Origin: a virus
Virus record (IMG/VR): IMGVR_UViG_3300050015_000276
Location: 1 to 64,000 of that record
Length of the DNA: 64,000 bases
Strand: one strand, 5' to 3'
In this document: in pieces, positions 37,796 to 47,499 of the stretch
Numbering within the stretch: the stretch's first letter is position 1
How the letters are laid out: each line of letters starts with the position of its first letter
The notes under the pieces: generated by a model
Databases searched by the model: none
What the model saw: the letters and a program-made list of their open reading frames with translations, nothing else
Told to the model about the DNA's origin: nothing
Program-made: the position numbers and the translations under genes

Positions 37796-38728
37796 ATGAA
37801 ATTAGAACAAATTGGTTTCTATACTCTTTCCGATCGACGGGCAGCTAATGCTAGTGAATTTTCCAACCTCTCACGGTGTGAAATTCTTTTGACTGGAAGA
37901 TGCAATTTCCATTGTCCATATTGTCGGAGCGTTGGTGGTCCAGATAAACCTTTCGAAGAAGTGGCCGCTATTGTTAGACTTTGGGCTTCTCAAGGATTAT
38001 ATGCTATCCGTTTTAGTGGCGGAGAACCTTTGATGTATCCTCGTTTGAAGGAATTAGTAGAAATAGCAAAAATTGAAGGAATTAAGAAAATTGCCATTTC
38101 TACTAATGGTTCATTTCCTCTTAATAAATATTTGGATCTTATTGCTGCCGGAGTTAATGATTTTTCTATTTCTTTGGACGCTTGTTGCGCCGAAGATGGT
38201 GATTTTATGGCCGGCGGTATCAGAGGAGCATTTGAACGGGTTACAGCAAATATAAAGGAGTTGTCTAAAGTAATATACATAACTGTTGGAGTGGTTTTGA
38301 CTACAACCAACGCGGCAAATGTTAGTAAAATTATTGAATTTGCCTCTAATCTTGGAGTTCAAGATATTAGAGTTATTCCGGCGGCCCAAGCTGGCGATAA
38401 ATTAGGTGAAATTGTTGTTTCTGAAGAACTCCTCAATAAATATCCTATTTTGAAATACCGTATCCAGAATTTGCATGACGGAAAACCCGTCCGTGGTATT
38501 CGTGATGGTGATAGCCGCAATTGTGGACTAGTTTTGGATGATATGGCTGTTTGTGGAAATCACCATTATCCTTGTATCATCTATCTTAGAGAAGGTGGTT
38601 CTCCAATAGGAAGTATGAACGATTCAAATATTCGAAGTGTCCGTGCTGAGTGGTATAGAACCCACAATACACATTCTGATCCAATTTGCCGAAAAAAACT
38701 GTTTAGATGTGTGCGTGGATTACAATAA
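37796..38728 (+). CDS. Radical SAM protein (MoaA-like N-terminus)
   Basis: CNFHCPYC, IRFSGGEP, ISTNG, SISLDA; C-terminus probably frameshifted. Confidence 0.9.
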   Translation: MKLEQIGFYTLSDRRAANASEFSNLSRCEILLTGRCNFHCPYCRSVGGPDKPFEEVAAIVRLWASQGLYAIRFSGGEPLMYPRLKELVEIAKIEGIKKIAISTNGSFPLNKYLDLIAAGVNDFSISLDACCAEDGDFMAGGIRGAFERVTANIKELSKVIYITVGVVLTTTNAANVSKIIEFASNLGVQDIRVIPAAQAGDKLGEIVVSEELLNKYPILKYRIQNLHDGKPVRGIRDGDSRNCGLVLDDMAVCGNHHYPCIIYLREGGSPIGSMNDSNIRSVRAEWYRTHNTHSDPICRKKLFRCVRGLQ

Positions 38729-38733
38729 TTGTT

Positions 38734-39030
38734 ATGAATCCTATAATATTCCATTTTAGTAGAATACAGGAATTAGATGGTACATTATTTGATTGGCTTA
38801 CGTGGCGTAATGGATCTCCATTAGATGTATTTGGAATCGAATGTCGTTCATATGATTTGGAAAGAAATGCTGATACTTTACGCCGCTATATAATTGGTTG
38901 GTGTTCGGCCGAGCAGGTATTGTGTCGTCCAAAAATTAAAAACATAGCCGTAATGTTTTTGAAAAATGACCATTATTTTTGGTTTCATTTCCGTAATCCT
39001 GAAGCGAAGAAAATATTTGACATCCATTAA
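38734..39030 (+). CDS. Hypothetical protein
   Basis: ATG 38734 within track ORF 38707-39030. Confidence 0.5.
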   Translation: MNPIIFHFSRIQELDGTLFDWLTWRNGSPLDVFGIECRSYDLERNADTLRRYIIGWCSAEQVLCRPKIKNIAVMFLKNDHYFWFHFRNPEAKKIFDIH

Positions 39031-39051
39031 CCTATTTGATAATATAAGTTC

Positions 39052-39276
39052 ATGAACACTTCATTAAACCGAGATAAGATTCAAAATTATGATACGGAAT
39101 ATGTGGTCGCTTGTTTTTCGCGCGGCCGTATTTTCTCCGAACATCGGACCACAAAAGGCGCTCAAAAGAAACTGGCCAAATATCCGGCTCTTGAAGAGGA
39201 CGATTATGCCATTTATTCTCGTAGAGAATGGAGTCTAGGATATGTGGAACCGCAATTGCATTCTATGTGGATTTGA
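39052..39276 (+). CDS. Hypothetical protein
   Basis: Behind TTGACATCC(39017) promoter. Confidence 0.55.
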   Translation: MNTSLNRDKIQNYDTEYVVACFSRGRIFSEHRTTKGAQKKLAKYPALEEDDYAIYSRREWSLGYVEPQLHSMWI

Positions 39277-39294
39277 CGCGGAGTAAAAATAATA

Positions 39295-39717
39295 ATGCAA
39301 CCACAATGGAAGTATCTTGATACCATAGGTGACAGAGATCCTATTACCAATTGGGGTGGATTTGTCTATGTTGACGAACTCGGAAACTATGACCCCGAAC
39401 TGGTATGGTTTGAGTCTGATTATAATGGCTCTTGTTACGAAATTACAAATGTAAGAATTTCTCGTATTATACTCGAAAGAAATTCTCTAGAGGAATGGTG
39501 GTACGATAAATTGCAAAGTGTTGCCGATTTTTCTGGTTGTCCTCTTGAAGAATTACAACAAATGGCAATTAGTAATGTTTATTTGGAAAAAGCTTTGTTG
39601 TATGCTTATCTTCTGAGTTATTTTGGAGCATACGAGTTCGACCAGGAACCAATCACACTCACCGAAGATGAGGCATACCGAAAGTATTCTTTGGAAATAA
39701 CAGGAAAGGAACTATAA
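39295..39717 (+). CDS. Acidic hypothetical protein
   Basis: 140-aa ORF coupled to the next gene. Confidence 0.65.
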   Translation: MQPQWKYLDTIGDRDPITNWGGFVYVDELGNYDPELVWFESDYNGSCYEITNVRISRIILERNSLEEWWYDKLQSVADFSGCPLEELQQMAISNVYLEKALLYAYLLSYFGAYEFDQEPITLTEDEAYRKYSLEITGKEL

Positions 39718-40127
39718 TGGAAAATAATTATGAACCTTTGACAGGACATACCAGTCCAGAGACCGCTTACTTGGTGGAAGATTATCCATATGGATTTAGG
39801 CTCCGATGCAAGATTAGATATTGGCTTGAATTCAAGTCTGGACAAGGTTTCCGTTTTGTATCACAGACCACAAATCCAAAGAGAACTGGTGAGTTTTGGA
39901 ACAAACCGAAAGCCAGCACTTATTCTATGCTCGGAATGATGGTAAAGAATATTACTCCAGGAGATAAATTTGGGCACATCACCTGGATCGGTGTAAATAT
40001 GTATCATTTTGAGGATTTGAAATCGTTCGGCGAAAAATACAGTTCTTCTTTTGACCAGAACCAACAGACCACGTTTGATCTGGCAACAAAGGCTTATAAG
40101 AAGTATATGGCTCGACAAGTATCCTAG
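39717..40127 (+). CDS. Hypothetical protein
   Basis: 136-aa ORF, AGGA SD. Confidence 0.65.
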   Translation: MENNYEPLTGHTSPETAYLVEDYPYGFRLRCKIRYWLEFKSGQGFRFVSQTTNPKRTGEFWNKPKASTYSMLGMMVKNITPGDKFGHITWIGVNMYHFEDLKSFGEKYSSSFDQNQQTTFDLATKAYKKYMARQVS

Positions 40128-40171
40128 AAATAACACTTGACATCCAGACTTCGATATATTATCATAGTTTT

Positions 40172-40516
40172 ATGATGAAACGCAGCAGACACACCAAAGA
40201 AGATATGGCAATTAGGTATGAGTTCGCCTTGCAATATCTGGATGATAAATTTTTGAAGATTGATTTTCCATCAATCTATGTCCTTGTCGCTCGAAAAGGA
40301 GAAGGATTGAAAAAGAAACTTCGTTTTTTTATTTCCAGCAAGGGTGAAATTGAGGACATAACCGTGAAGGTTGCTGATATTACTGGCTTTCCTCTTTACG
40401 ATTGTTTTGATTATTTTGCCATCTATACTCACCGTACAAATAAGTTTGATATTGTCCAGAAGGTTTCGGAGAAACTCTTTGGAAATCCGAATGCCATAAC
40501 AATGGAAAAGCTTTAA
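40172..40516 (+). CDS. Hypothetical protein
   Basis: Behind TTGACATCC(40137) promoter. Confidence 0.6.
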   Translation: MMKRSRHTKEDMAIRYEFALQYLDDKFLKIDFPSIYVLVARKGEGLKKKLRFFISSKGEIEDITVKVADITGFPLYDCFDYFAIYTHRTNKFDIVQKVSEKLFGNPNAITMEKL

Positions 40517-40581
40517 TCGATTGACAATCCAATCAATCTGCGCTATACTGGTGAGTACGTTAATTCAAATAAAGGACAAAC

Positions 40582-41598
40582 ATGTCTGCAAAAAAGCCAT
40601 TTGCATTAGCTGTTGGAGATATTGTTGCTAAGTATGGAAAGATCATTTCCCGGCGAGACTTGATTGCTTACTGTCATGAGTTCCATATTATGCTGCCTGC
40701 AATTATCAGGCAGTATCGAGCCGGCCGAGGGTTTTTTAATTTGGAGCCATTACTGAATATGGCACAACAAACGAATAGCCAAATTTCAGATCCCGTTCCG
40801 CCTCCTCCAGAAATGACGGATGAAGAAATTGAAGTGGATATTAATTCTAGGTTTGCCAGCCTTGATCTGATGGCTTATGGGGTAGTTAATGGTGATTTCC
40901 GTTCTTTGATTGTTAGTGGTAATCCAGGTACAGGAAAGACTTTTACTCTCGAATCTATCATGGATGCCGCTGCGAATACTTCAAAGATCCTTTTTATTCC
41001 TGTCAGAGGATATGTTCGGGCAACTGGTCTTTATCGTTTGATGTATGAAGCCCGGCATAAGGAATGTGTCCTTCTCCTAGATGACAGTGACAGTATATTC
41101 CAAGATGAAATTTCCCTCAACCTCCTGAAAGCTGGTTTGGATACCACAAAACGCCGGCATATTTCCTGGCGTTCGGAAAAGAATTTTGTGAACGATGAAG
41201 ATGAGGATATTCCGAAGGAATTTGATTTTCTCGGAGCAATCGTCTTTATTTCCAATATAAACTTCCAACGTGAAATTGCGCGCGGAACTAAGATTGCTTG
41301 CCATTTGGACGCACTCATGAGTAGGTCGTATTACTTGGACTTGAATCTCCTGAGCACGCGGGAACTTATTGTCCGTATCAAGAGTGTTGTGGCACACACA
41401 AATATCCTTAGTGGTATGAAAATTAGTAAAAAGGACTCTGAAACAATTCTGGAATATATTACTACGAATAAGGATAAATTCCGTGAATTGAGTCTCCGGA
41501 CTGTGATTAAGCTTGGCACGATTTGGCGCGCCTCGGCCGGCGATGTTGATAAGTTCGAGAAAATGACTTCCGCGACGTGTTTGGTAAGAGGACGTTAA
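40582..41598 (+). CDS. AAA+ family ATPase
   Basis: Walker A GNPGTGKT, Walker B LLLDDSD, LKAGLD, GAIVFISN, ALMSRS, LSLRT. Confidence 0.85.
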   Translation: MSAKKPFALAVGDIVAKYGKIISRRDLIAYCHEFHIMLPAIIRQYRAGRGFFNLEPLLNMAQQTNSQISDPVPPPPEMTDEEIEVDINSRFASLDLMAYGVVNGDFRSLIVSGNPGTGKTFTLESIMDAAANTSKILFIPVRGYVRATGLYRLMYEARHKECVLLLDDSDSIFQDEISLNLLKAGLDTTKRRHISWRSEKNFVNDEDEDIPKEFDFLGAIVFISNINFQREIARGTKIACHLDALMSRSYYLDLNLLSTRELIVRIKSVVAHTNILSGMKISKKDSETILEYITTNKDKFRELSLRTVIKLGTIWRASAGDVDKFEKMTSATCLVRGR

Positions 41599-41608
41599 AG
41601 GAATAATT

Positions 41609-41998
41609 ATGAGTAAACTGACATTGAATCGTAGTGATTGGAAACTGGTAGGCCACTTTGGTGTGGACGCCGGATTGTGTTGGATTGGTGACCCGTGTTA
41701 CATCCTTCACAAAGACAAGCCAGCTTACGAAGGCGCAACGCCGGAAGGTCTGCCGGAAAGTCTTGGCAAGGATTGGGGCGAGTTTTGCAATAAGTTGGAT
41801 CATAGCGGCCCTTTATTGCAGAGCTTTCCTTACGCAATGGGGCACGAAGGTTTGGGCATCTGTGTGTCCACCGGCTTCGGCGACGGCATGTATCCTGTCT
41901 ACGCTCACATCTCCGAAGAAGGTGATTGGGGAAAGCGTGTGAGTGCAATCTTCATTGACTTCCTGGGTGCGTTTGAGGATGAAAACGAAGAGGAATAA
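41609..41998 (+). CDS. DUF4241-like protein
   Basis: GVDAGLCWIGDPCY and STGFGDGMYPVY motifs. Confidence 0.65.
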   Translation: MSKLTLNRSDWKLVGHFGVDAGLCWIGDPCYILHKDKPAYEGATPEGLPESLGKDWGEFCNKLDHSGPLLQSFPYAMGHEGLGICVSTGFGDGMYPVYAHISEEGDWGKRVSAIFIDFLGAFEDENEEE

Positions 41999-42070
41999 TA
42001 TGGTTATTAAGAAACCCGGATGGTCCATGTTGTTTTGGATGAAATGATTGATAAGGGAGAAGGAGATTAG

Positions 42071-42302
42071 TATGAAACGTGGAAACTTTGAAATCGTTCC
42101 GATTCTGGAACAACATTGTTCTGAAAAGGAACATTCTACCGGAGAAGTAATGGGTGTTAAATTTATTGATCCGAAAGGACAAGAAATTTGTGTTTATGTC
42201 AATTGTGGATCTCCAGATTATATTACTATCATCTCCAGTGATAGTATTGTTGTCCAACCGTGGTCAACCAACGTGGTACGGGTCCAACATTCCAAACTTT
42301 AA
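42071..42302 (+). CDS. Hypothetical protein
   Basis: ATG after AAGGAG SD within track ORF 42048-42302. Confidence 0.55.
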
Positions 42303-42515
42303 TATTTGATTTCCTAATTTCTTTGTGATACAATAAATTATGCTAAAATATAAATGCCCTGAATGTGGAGGAAAAACAAAGAACCGCATTCAGGTTAAAG
42401 ATGGAAGTGAGAAAATCGCAGCACCTTGTGGTGGATGCCAGGTCAAAATATCCGAGAAGACCCACGAAATTATTGCCAAAATTTGTTTGGATTATGTAAA
42501 AAGGAATAATTACAA

Positions 42516-43133
42516 ATGAGATTACTATACACTCTGGCATTTTGTTTTCCTCTTATGGCTCAAAGCCATTTTTCTAACCTGAATAAGTTGGAAACCAGAA
42601 CCTCGCGGTTAATGCCGCAATCAACGGATTGTATAACCAAACCCTGCCAGAGTGTTGTTAATGTGGCTTGGGATTCTCAGGGTGTTCCTGATAGTAATCC
42701 TAATGTGTGGGGAAACGCCGGGTTTGTATTAGTTAATATTCCCTTTGTTAATGTTCCAGTTGGATATAGAGTTCGCATCATACGAATGTTTGGAGATTAT
42801 ATCGCATGGATCCATGGTATAGTCCAGCCGGCCACCCACACCGGGATTTTGTTTGGATTTATGCGGACACAAGATCTCCGAGAAAAAACCGGTCTTGGTT
42901 CCCTTAATATGTCATATGGTTCGGACCAGTGTTTTATGTACCATCAAGGCGCATTGTCTACTGGAGATTTCACCCAGTATTTTGACCACGATGTTTCGGC
43001 AGGAGGACTTCTCCAACCGGACAATACTATGTTGCTCCAAATTGCCGTGTTTGAAAATGAAACCGGTTCAAGTGTCCACCAAGAAGTAACATCTAACGTG
43101 GTGTATCAATTCGAGCCAAATAAAATAAATTGA
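42516..43133 (+). CDS. Secreted beta-rich protein with signal peptide
   Basis: MRLLYTLAFCFPLMAQ N-terminus; no C-terminal anchor. Confidence 0.65.
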   Translation: MRLLYTLAFCFPLMAQSHFSNLNKLETRTSRLMPQSTDCITKPCQSVVNVAWDSQGVPDSNPNVWGNAGFVLVNIPFVNVPVGYRVRIIRMFGDYIAWIHGIVQPATHTGILFGFMRTQDLREKTGLGSLNMSYGSDQCFMYHQGALSTGDFTQYFDHDVSAGGLLQPDNTMLLQIAVFENETGSSVHQEVTSNVVYQFEPNKIN

Positions 43134-43164
43134 CATCCGTTTGTAATTGTGATATTATGTAGTT

Positions 43165-43725
43165 ATGAATACTTTTCTAAGATTTCTAATTTCAATGGCA
43201 TTTGCACTTAGTTGCTTTGCCTCCACATTAACATTGATGAATGCTCCTACGGGCCAAACAGGACCTTATGATCTCCTGATAGATGGTACCAATGTCCAAG
43301 GTGTTTGTGTTACCTACAATATTGATATTCCTATTGGTTATACCTGGCAAGCCACCGAATACCAGGTGACTGATTTTGCAGATCCTGGAGTACAAGTCCA
43401 ATACTTCCAGGCTGAATGGCTAACACAGCAATTTGCTTCAAATCCAAATGACTATGCTGGAATCCATGATGCTATTTGGAATATTTTCGAACCCGGAACA
43501 TTCAGTGGTTTTAATGTTTCGGCATGGCAAACTTCTGCTGAACAAAATTACGGATCAGTTGATCCAAATTCCTTTAATATTTATGTGCCAAATCCAGTTA
43601 ATAGTTCACAAACTTTCCTCACTCAAAATTCTGGTGCTACTCCAGAACCGAGTTCTATTCTGCTAATTCCGGCCGGAATTGGTCTTATTGTACTCGGAAA
43701 ATTCAAACATAAGTCAGTAGTATAA
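43165..43725 (+). CDS. PEP-CTERM sorting-domain protein
   Basis: Signal peptide (FLISMAFALSCFA), Ser/Thr/Asn-rich body, C-terminal TPEPSSILLIPAGIGLIVLGKFKHK (PEP + TM + basic tail). Confidence 0.85.
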   Translation: MNTFLRFLISMAFALSCFASTLTLMNAPTGQTGPYDLLIDGTNVQGVCVTYNIDIPIGYTWQATEYQVTDFADPGVQVQYFQAEWLTQQFASNPNDYAGIHDAIWNIFEPGTFSGFNVSAWQTSAEQNYGSVDPNSFNIYVPNPVNSSQTFLTQNSGATPEPSSILLIPAGIGLIVLGKFKHKSVV

Positions 43726-43942
43726 TTCCTATCCTTGGGGTGGCTAGACTTATGTTTGGCCACCTCCTCTCAAATAAATTTTAGGTTTAGTTGACATCCA
43801 ACAAAACATTTGATACACTTTTAATTATGCAATATACTAGCATGATGGTCAATTCGAATTGGAACCTACTACGGGCAGTTACCGCGCAGTTCCGGAATGC
43901 CGAGGAATTAAAGTGGTTATCTATAACGATTAGGAGAATTTT

Positions 43943-44203
43943 ATGAATAAACGAACTGTAAAAGAACGTGAACTGAAACCTGGAATGGTAATTCGTCCAT
44001 TAGATGTCACGTCTCAATTTGCCTTCTCGGATAATGTGGTTACCAAAGTAACGGATCGATTTATCACACTTGCTCGCCCATATGCCACCGGACATCTTTT
44101 GAATACGGCTTGTGGCACTTGTCTGATAGGGCTGGAAAAGTATGATGTTAATCCCAATAGTGATTGGGAATGGGAATTGTTGGAAGAAAATCGGTGGGTA
44201 TAG
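43943..44203 (+). CDS. Hypothetical protein
   Basis: AGGAG SD. Confidence 0.6.
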   Translation: MNKRTVKERELKPGMVIRPLDVTSQFAFSDNVVTKVTDRFITLARPYATGHLLNTACGTCLIGLEKYDVNPNSDWEWELLEENRWV

Positions 44204-44310
44204 TAAAATGGAAGAAAGTGTCATTCTGTTCTTTTATGGACTTTCGGCCATTTCCTTGTTTTCATCGTTAGTTGTCTTTGTTCGCCAAAATCTTCGAAGG
44301 ATAAATTAAA

Positions 44311-44544
44311 ATGACAACGATGATAAGGATAATTAAGATAGATGGAGTCAAATACAAATTCAATTCCACTAATTTGTGGAAATACTTGTGTGTTTATTAC
44401 TCTACCTCTTTCATATTGTATTTCCCAATTCATTATATTTTTCCGGTATGGACTTTATTTGCATTTTCTGTGATGTGTATTGTGAATGCCGCAGCATGGC
44501 CATATAAATTTCCGTGGTTGGTGGAAACTAAGGAAATTACATAA
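44311..44544 (+). CDS. Small two-TM membrane protein
   Basis: Hydrophobic C-terminal half. Confidence 0.4.
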   Translation: MTTMIRIIKIDGVKYKFNSTNLWKYLCVYYSTSFILYFPIHYIFPVWTLFAFSVMCIVNAAAWPYKFPWLVETKEIT

Positions 44545-44628
44545 TGTTCTTCCCAGTAATTACTGGGAAGGGTGCGTTATCATAAACAAAGACTTGACAT
44601 CCACCAAAGTATTTGATACCCTTGGTTC

Positions 44629-46221
44629 ATGAGCGCGATTACATATTCACCTCAACAGCAGGCAGTCTTGGATTTTACATCCAAGAATGGCCATGGCAAC
44701 TGCTTAATTACAGCCGTGGCCGGGTCTGGCAAGACTTTCACCCTTATGCAGGCAGTTCCTGGTTTAGAGGGATACATTGCCATTGCGGCTTACAATACAG
44801 CAATTGCCAACGAGATTGAAAGTAAACTCCAAGGAGTTCAGTTACAAGATGGAAGCCGTGTATATGTTGGAACAGTTCATCGGTTTGGACGCAAGGCTTT
44901 GTCTAAGGTTTATCCCAAGGGCAAATTACCTGCCCGTGGTGATAAGTCCAAGATTGACCAGATGATGGCATTGGTTTTCAATCCGAAAACCAAAGAAGTT
45001 GGCGTACCTCAGCATCTCCAGAGTTTTGCGAGGAAGTGTTACAATCTGGCACGTCAACAAGGCGCAGGTGTCTTACCTGAATTCCAGTTTTCCAATCAGG
45101 CAGCATGGCTTGATATGGTTGAACATTTTGATCTCCGTGATGATTTTGCCAATGCAGATGGCGATCTACCTCTGGATGTTGAACAGCTAGTCCGCGATGG
45201 CATTAACTGGGCTTGCCGTCTTATCAAATATGGCATTACAATCTTGGATAAACTTTGGGATTTCGAGGATATGATTTATGCTGTCCTCTACCAGAATCTC
45301 AGGATCGAACCAAACAATTGGGTCCTTGTGGACGAAGTTCAGGATATAAATCCTACTCGGAGAGCCTTGATTAAGAAGATGTTGGCGGTTGGTGGACGTG
45401 CAATCTTTGTTGGAGATCCAAAACAAGCAATATATGGATTTACTGGTGCCGATGCCAAATCATTCGAGAATATCCGAAAAGAATTTGATTGCACGGATTT
45501 GCCGCTCACGTGGTCATTCCGATGTGCAAAGACGATTGTTCGTTTTGTGCAGCAGTGGGTTTCCCATATTGAATCCCATCCTGATGCTCCTGAGGGAGAA
45601 GTGATTCAGACGGATGAACAGGGAATGTGGGAATTGAATCCAAATACAGATGATGCTATCCTTTGCCGCAATAATGCTCCTTTATGCCAGTTATTTTTTG
45701 AATTGTTGAAAAGAGGTATTCCATCTCATGTGGAAGGTAAGGACATTTCAGGAAAGCTACTTAAAATGGCCTCTCGCTGGCCTTCTTTGAAGTCCTTGGT
45801 TGCCCTTGGTGGAAAACTTGAAGAATATAAGGAACGTCAAATTCAAAAGGGATTACAATCTGGACGTGAAGATAAAGCGGAAGAAGTTGCTGATGTTGTG
45901 GATGCTATCCAGGCTGTGATTGCTGGTTTACCTTTTGGAAGCAAAGTTGAAGATCTGAAACGAGTTATCGCGGAAATGTTCGAAGATACCCAGGATGGAA
46001 AGAAACCAAAGAATTTAACACTTACAAGTATTCACCGTTCAAAGGGAAGAGAATGGAATCGTGTATTTTGGTATGGCCGCAATCGTTGGAACCCGAGCAG
46101 CTACGCTCGCCAAAAATGGCAAATGGAGCAAGAAACAAATCTACAATATGTCGCGGGAACTCGGGCGAAGATGACATTGGTGGATGTTAGTGTAGTTATT
46201 CCTCCAAAGAAAATGAGGTAA
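44629..46221 (+). CDS. UvrD/Rep-like superfamily 1 helicase
   Basis: AVAGSGKT, LVDEVQD, VGDPKQAIYGFTGA, LTWSFRC, ILCRNN, TSIHRSKGREW, YVAGTRAK. Confidence 0.93.
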   Translation: MSAITYSPQQQAVLDFTSKNGHGNCLITAVAGSGKTFTLMQAVPGLEGYIAIAAYNTAIANEIESKLQGVQLQDGSRVYVGTVHRFGRKALSKVYPKGKLPARGDKSKIDQMMALVFNPKTKEVGVPQHLQSFARKCYNLARQQGAGVLPEFQFSNQAAWLDMVEHFDLRDDFANADGDLPLDVEQLVRDGINWACRLIKYGITILDKLWDFEDMIYAVLYQNLRIEPNNWVLVDEVQDINPTRRALIKKMLAVGGRAIFVGDPKQAIYGFTGADAKSFENIRKEFDCTDLPLTWSFRCAKTIVRFVQQWVSHIESHPDAPEGEVIQTDEQGMWELNPNTDDAILCRNNAPLCQLFFELLKRGIPSHVEGKDISGKLLKMASRWPSLKSLVALGGKLEEYKERQIQKGLQSGREDKAEEVADVVDAIQAVIAGLPFGSKVEDLKRVIAEMFEDTQDGKKPKNLTLTSIHRSKGREWNRVFWYGRNRWNPSSYARQKWQMEQETNLQYVAGTRAKMTLVDVSVVIPPKKMR

Positions 46222-46705
46222 GATATTCCGAGGCTCTTTTTAGGGTTTCGGAATTGTCTTTGAATTGCCCCAATCCTCTATTACAAGCATCACATAATAA
46301 TCCTCGGATTGTTCCGGATATATGATTGTGGTCTACGGCTAATTTTTTATGGTTTTGTGGTTTCAAACATATAGCACAGACACCATTTTGTTTGGAAAAC
46401 ATATTATCGTATTCCTCAATAGAAATACCAAACATATTCCTCAGATATTGGTTCCTTTTGGTTCTTTTGTATTTTGGAGTTTTTTCGTATTTCTGTTTAT
46501 AGGCTTTATGTTGCGGAGTTTTAGAATATTCTTTGCTGTATTCTCGTTTACTATCGGAGTTATTATATTCTTTCCGACAAGAGATGCATCCATAATCTCT
46601 GGTATTTTTTAGAGTTGTTCCACAATTTTTACAAGGTTTTCCGTTGTAGGTTTTGGCGCCGGCGGCTTTGGCTTCTTTTCTGGACGAATAAATAGTTTCA
46701 GACAT
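46196..46705 (-). mobile_element. Free-standing EndoVII-type HNH homing endonuclease
   Basis: CKNC/CISC Zn finger, CAIC...LAVDHNH.SG.IRGLLC..CN.GLG; antisense to neighbours; late promoter TATAAATA (minus, 46773-46780). Confidence 0.88.
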
Positions 46706-46825
46706 TCGCGGTACCTCCGTACCACATTGTTTAGAGGTCAAGTGATACGCAAATATCACTTGACCTCACATATATTTATACAACCTCTATTGACATTCCA
46801 AATAAAATGTGAGATACTTGGGAGT

Positions 46826-46915
46826 ATGTTAAATTTGATGTATGTCGCCGGTACGCGTGCGAAAACCACGTTAGTTGATGTTATAGTTCCTATACCGTTA
46901 AGGAGATACAAATGA
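46826..46915 (+). pseudogene. Duplicated helicase C-terminal fragment (29 aa)
   Basis: LMYVAGTRAKTTLVDV versus helicase LQYVAGTRAKMTLVDV. Confidence 0.8.
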
Positions 46916-47117
46916 TAGATGATTTAGAGAAGTTGAAATTGAAAATCCGGGCGATGGGAAAACCAAAATGATTCACGAAGTAGAATGGAAACGGTCACGC
47001 TGGCAAGATTTGATTCACCCCAAAGCGTGGAAATGTTTTGCGGATACTCATAAATCTAATCCGTGGGCAGGACCTTGGTATTGGCGAAGTGTTAAGATTC
47101 ATTAAAGGACAAGCATT

Positions 47118-47321
47118 ATGGCTGAAATTTCTGACGAACGGATTGATGAAATTCTTTATGCTCCTACTGAGGCCTGGATGTTGGTAGAGGATGTCCAGGT
47201 ACTTGCTTCCTCAGTAAAGCAATATAGAGAGTTTATGGAGCGAGAAAGATTAAGATTGGAAAAGGCATTTCAGTCTCTAATCGGAAGAAGGATAAAATAT
47301 GGCGATAATGGTACCCGATAA
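47118..47321 (+). CDS. Hypothetical protein, tandem paralog A
   Basis: DERIDEILYAPTEAWML. Confidence 0.65.
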   Translation: MAEISDERIDEILYAPTEAWMLVEDVQVLASSVKQYREFMERERLRLEKAFQSLIGRRIKYGDNGTR

Positions 47322-47499
47322 ACGGATCGATGAAATTCTCCTTACACCTACTGAATTGTGGATGTTGGAGAAAGATGTCCGCTCACTTGCATTTGAAGTA
47401 AAACGTGATAGGAAGTTTATCCGTGAAATGTTGTTGGACGAAGCGTGCCGGACTACTGGTTTGTTTTCCAGCCGGCCGTCGGAGAATAAGGAGGAATAA
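47299..47499 (+). CDS. Hypothetical protein, tandem paralog B
   Basis: DKRIDEILLTPTELWML. Confidence 0.65.
   Translation: MAIMVPDKRIDEILLTPTELWMLEKDVRSLAFEVKRDRKFIREMLLDEACRTTGLFSSRPSENKEE

Noticed and set aside
41507-42028. Minus-strand ORFs 41507, 41607 and 41813
   Set aside because: Overlap the DUF4241-like gene antisense; no SD or motifs
46196-46826. Endonuclease insert in the helicase as a group I intron
   Set aside because: No P/Q/R/S core, the ORF is antisense, and the helicase is already complete upstream
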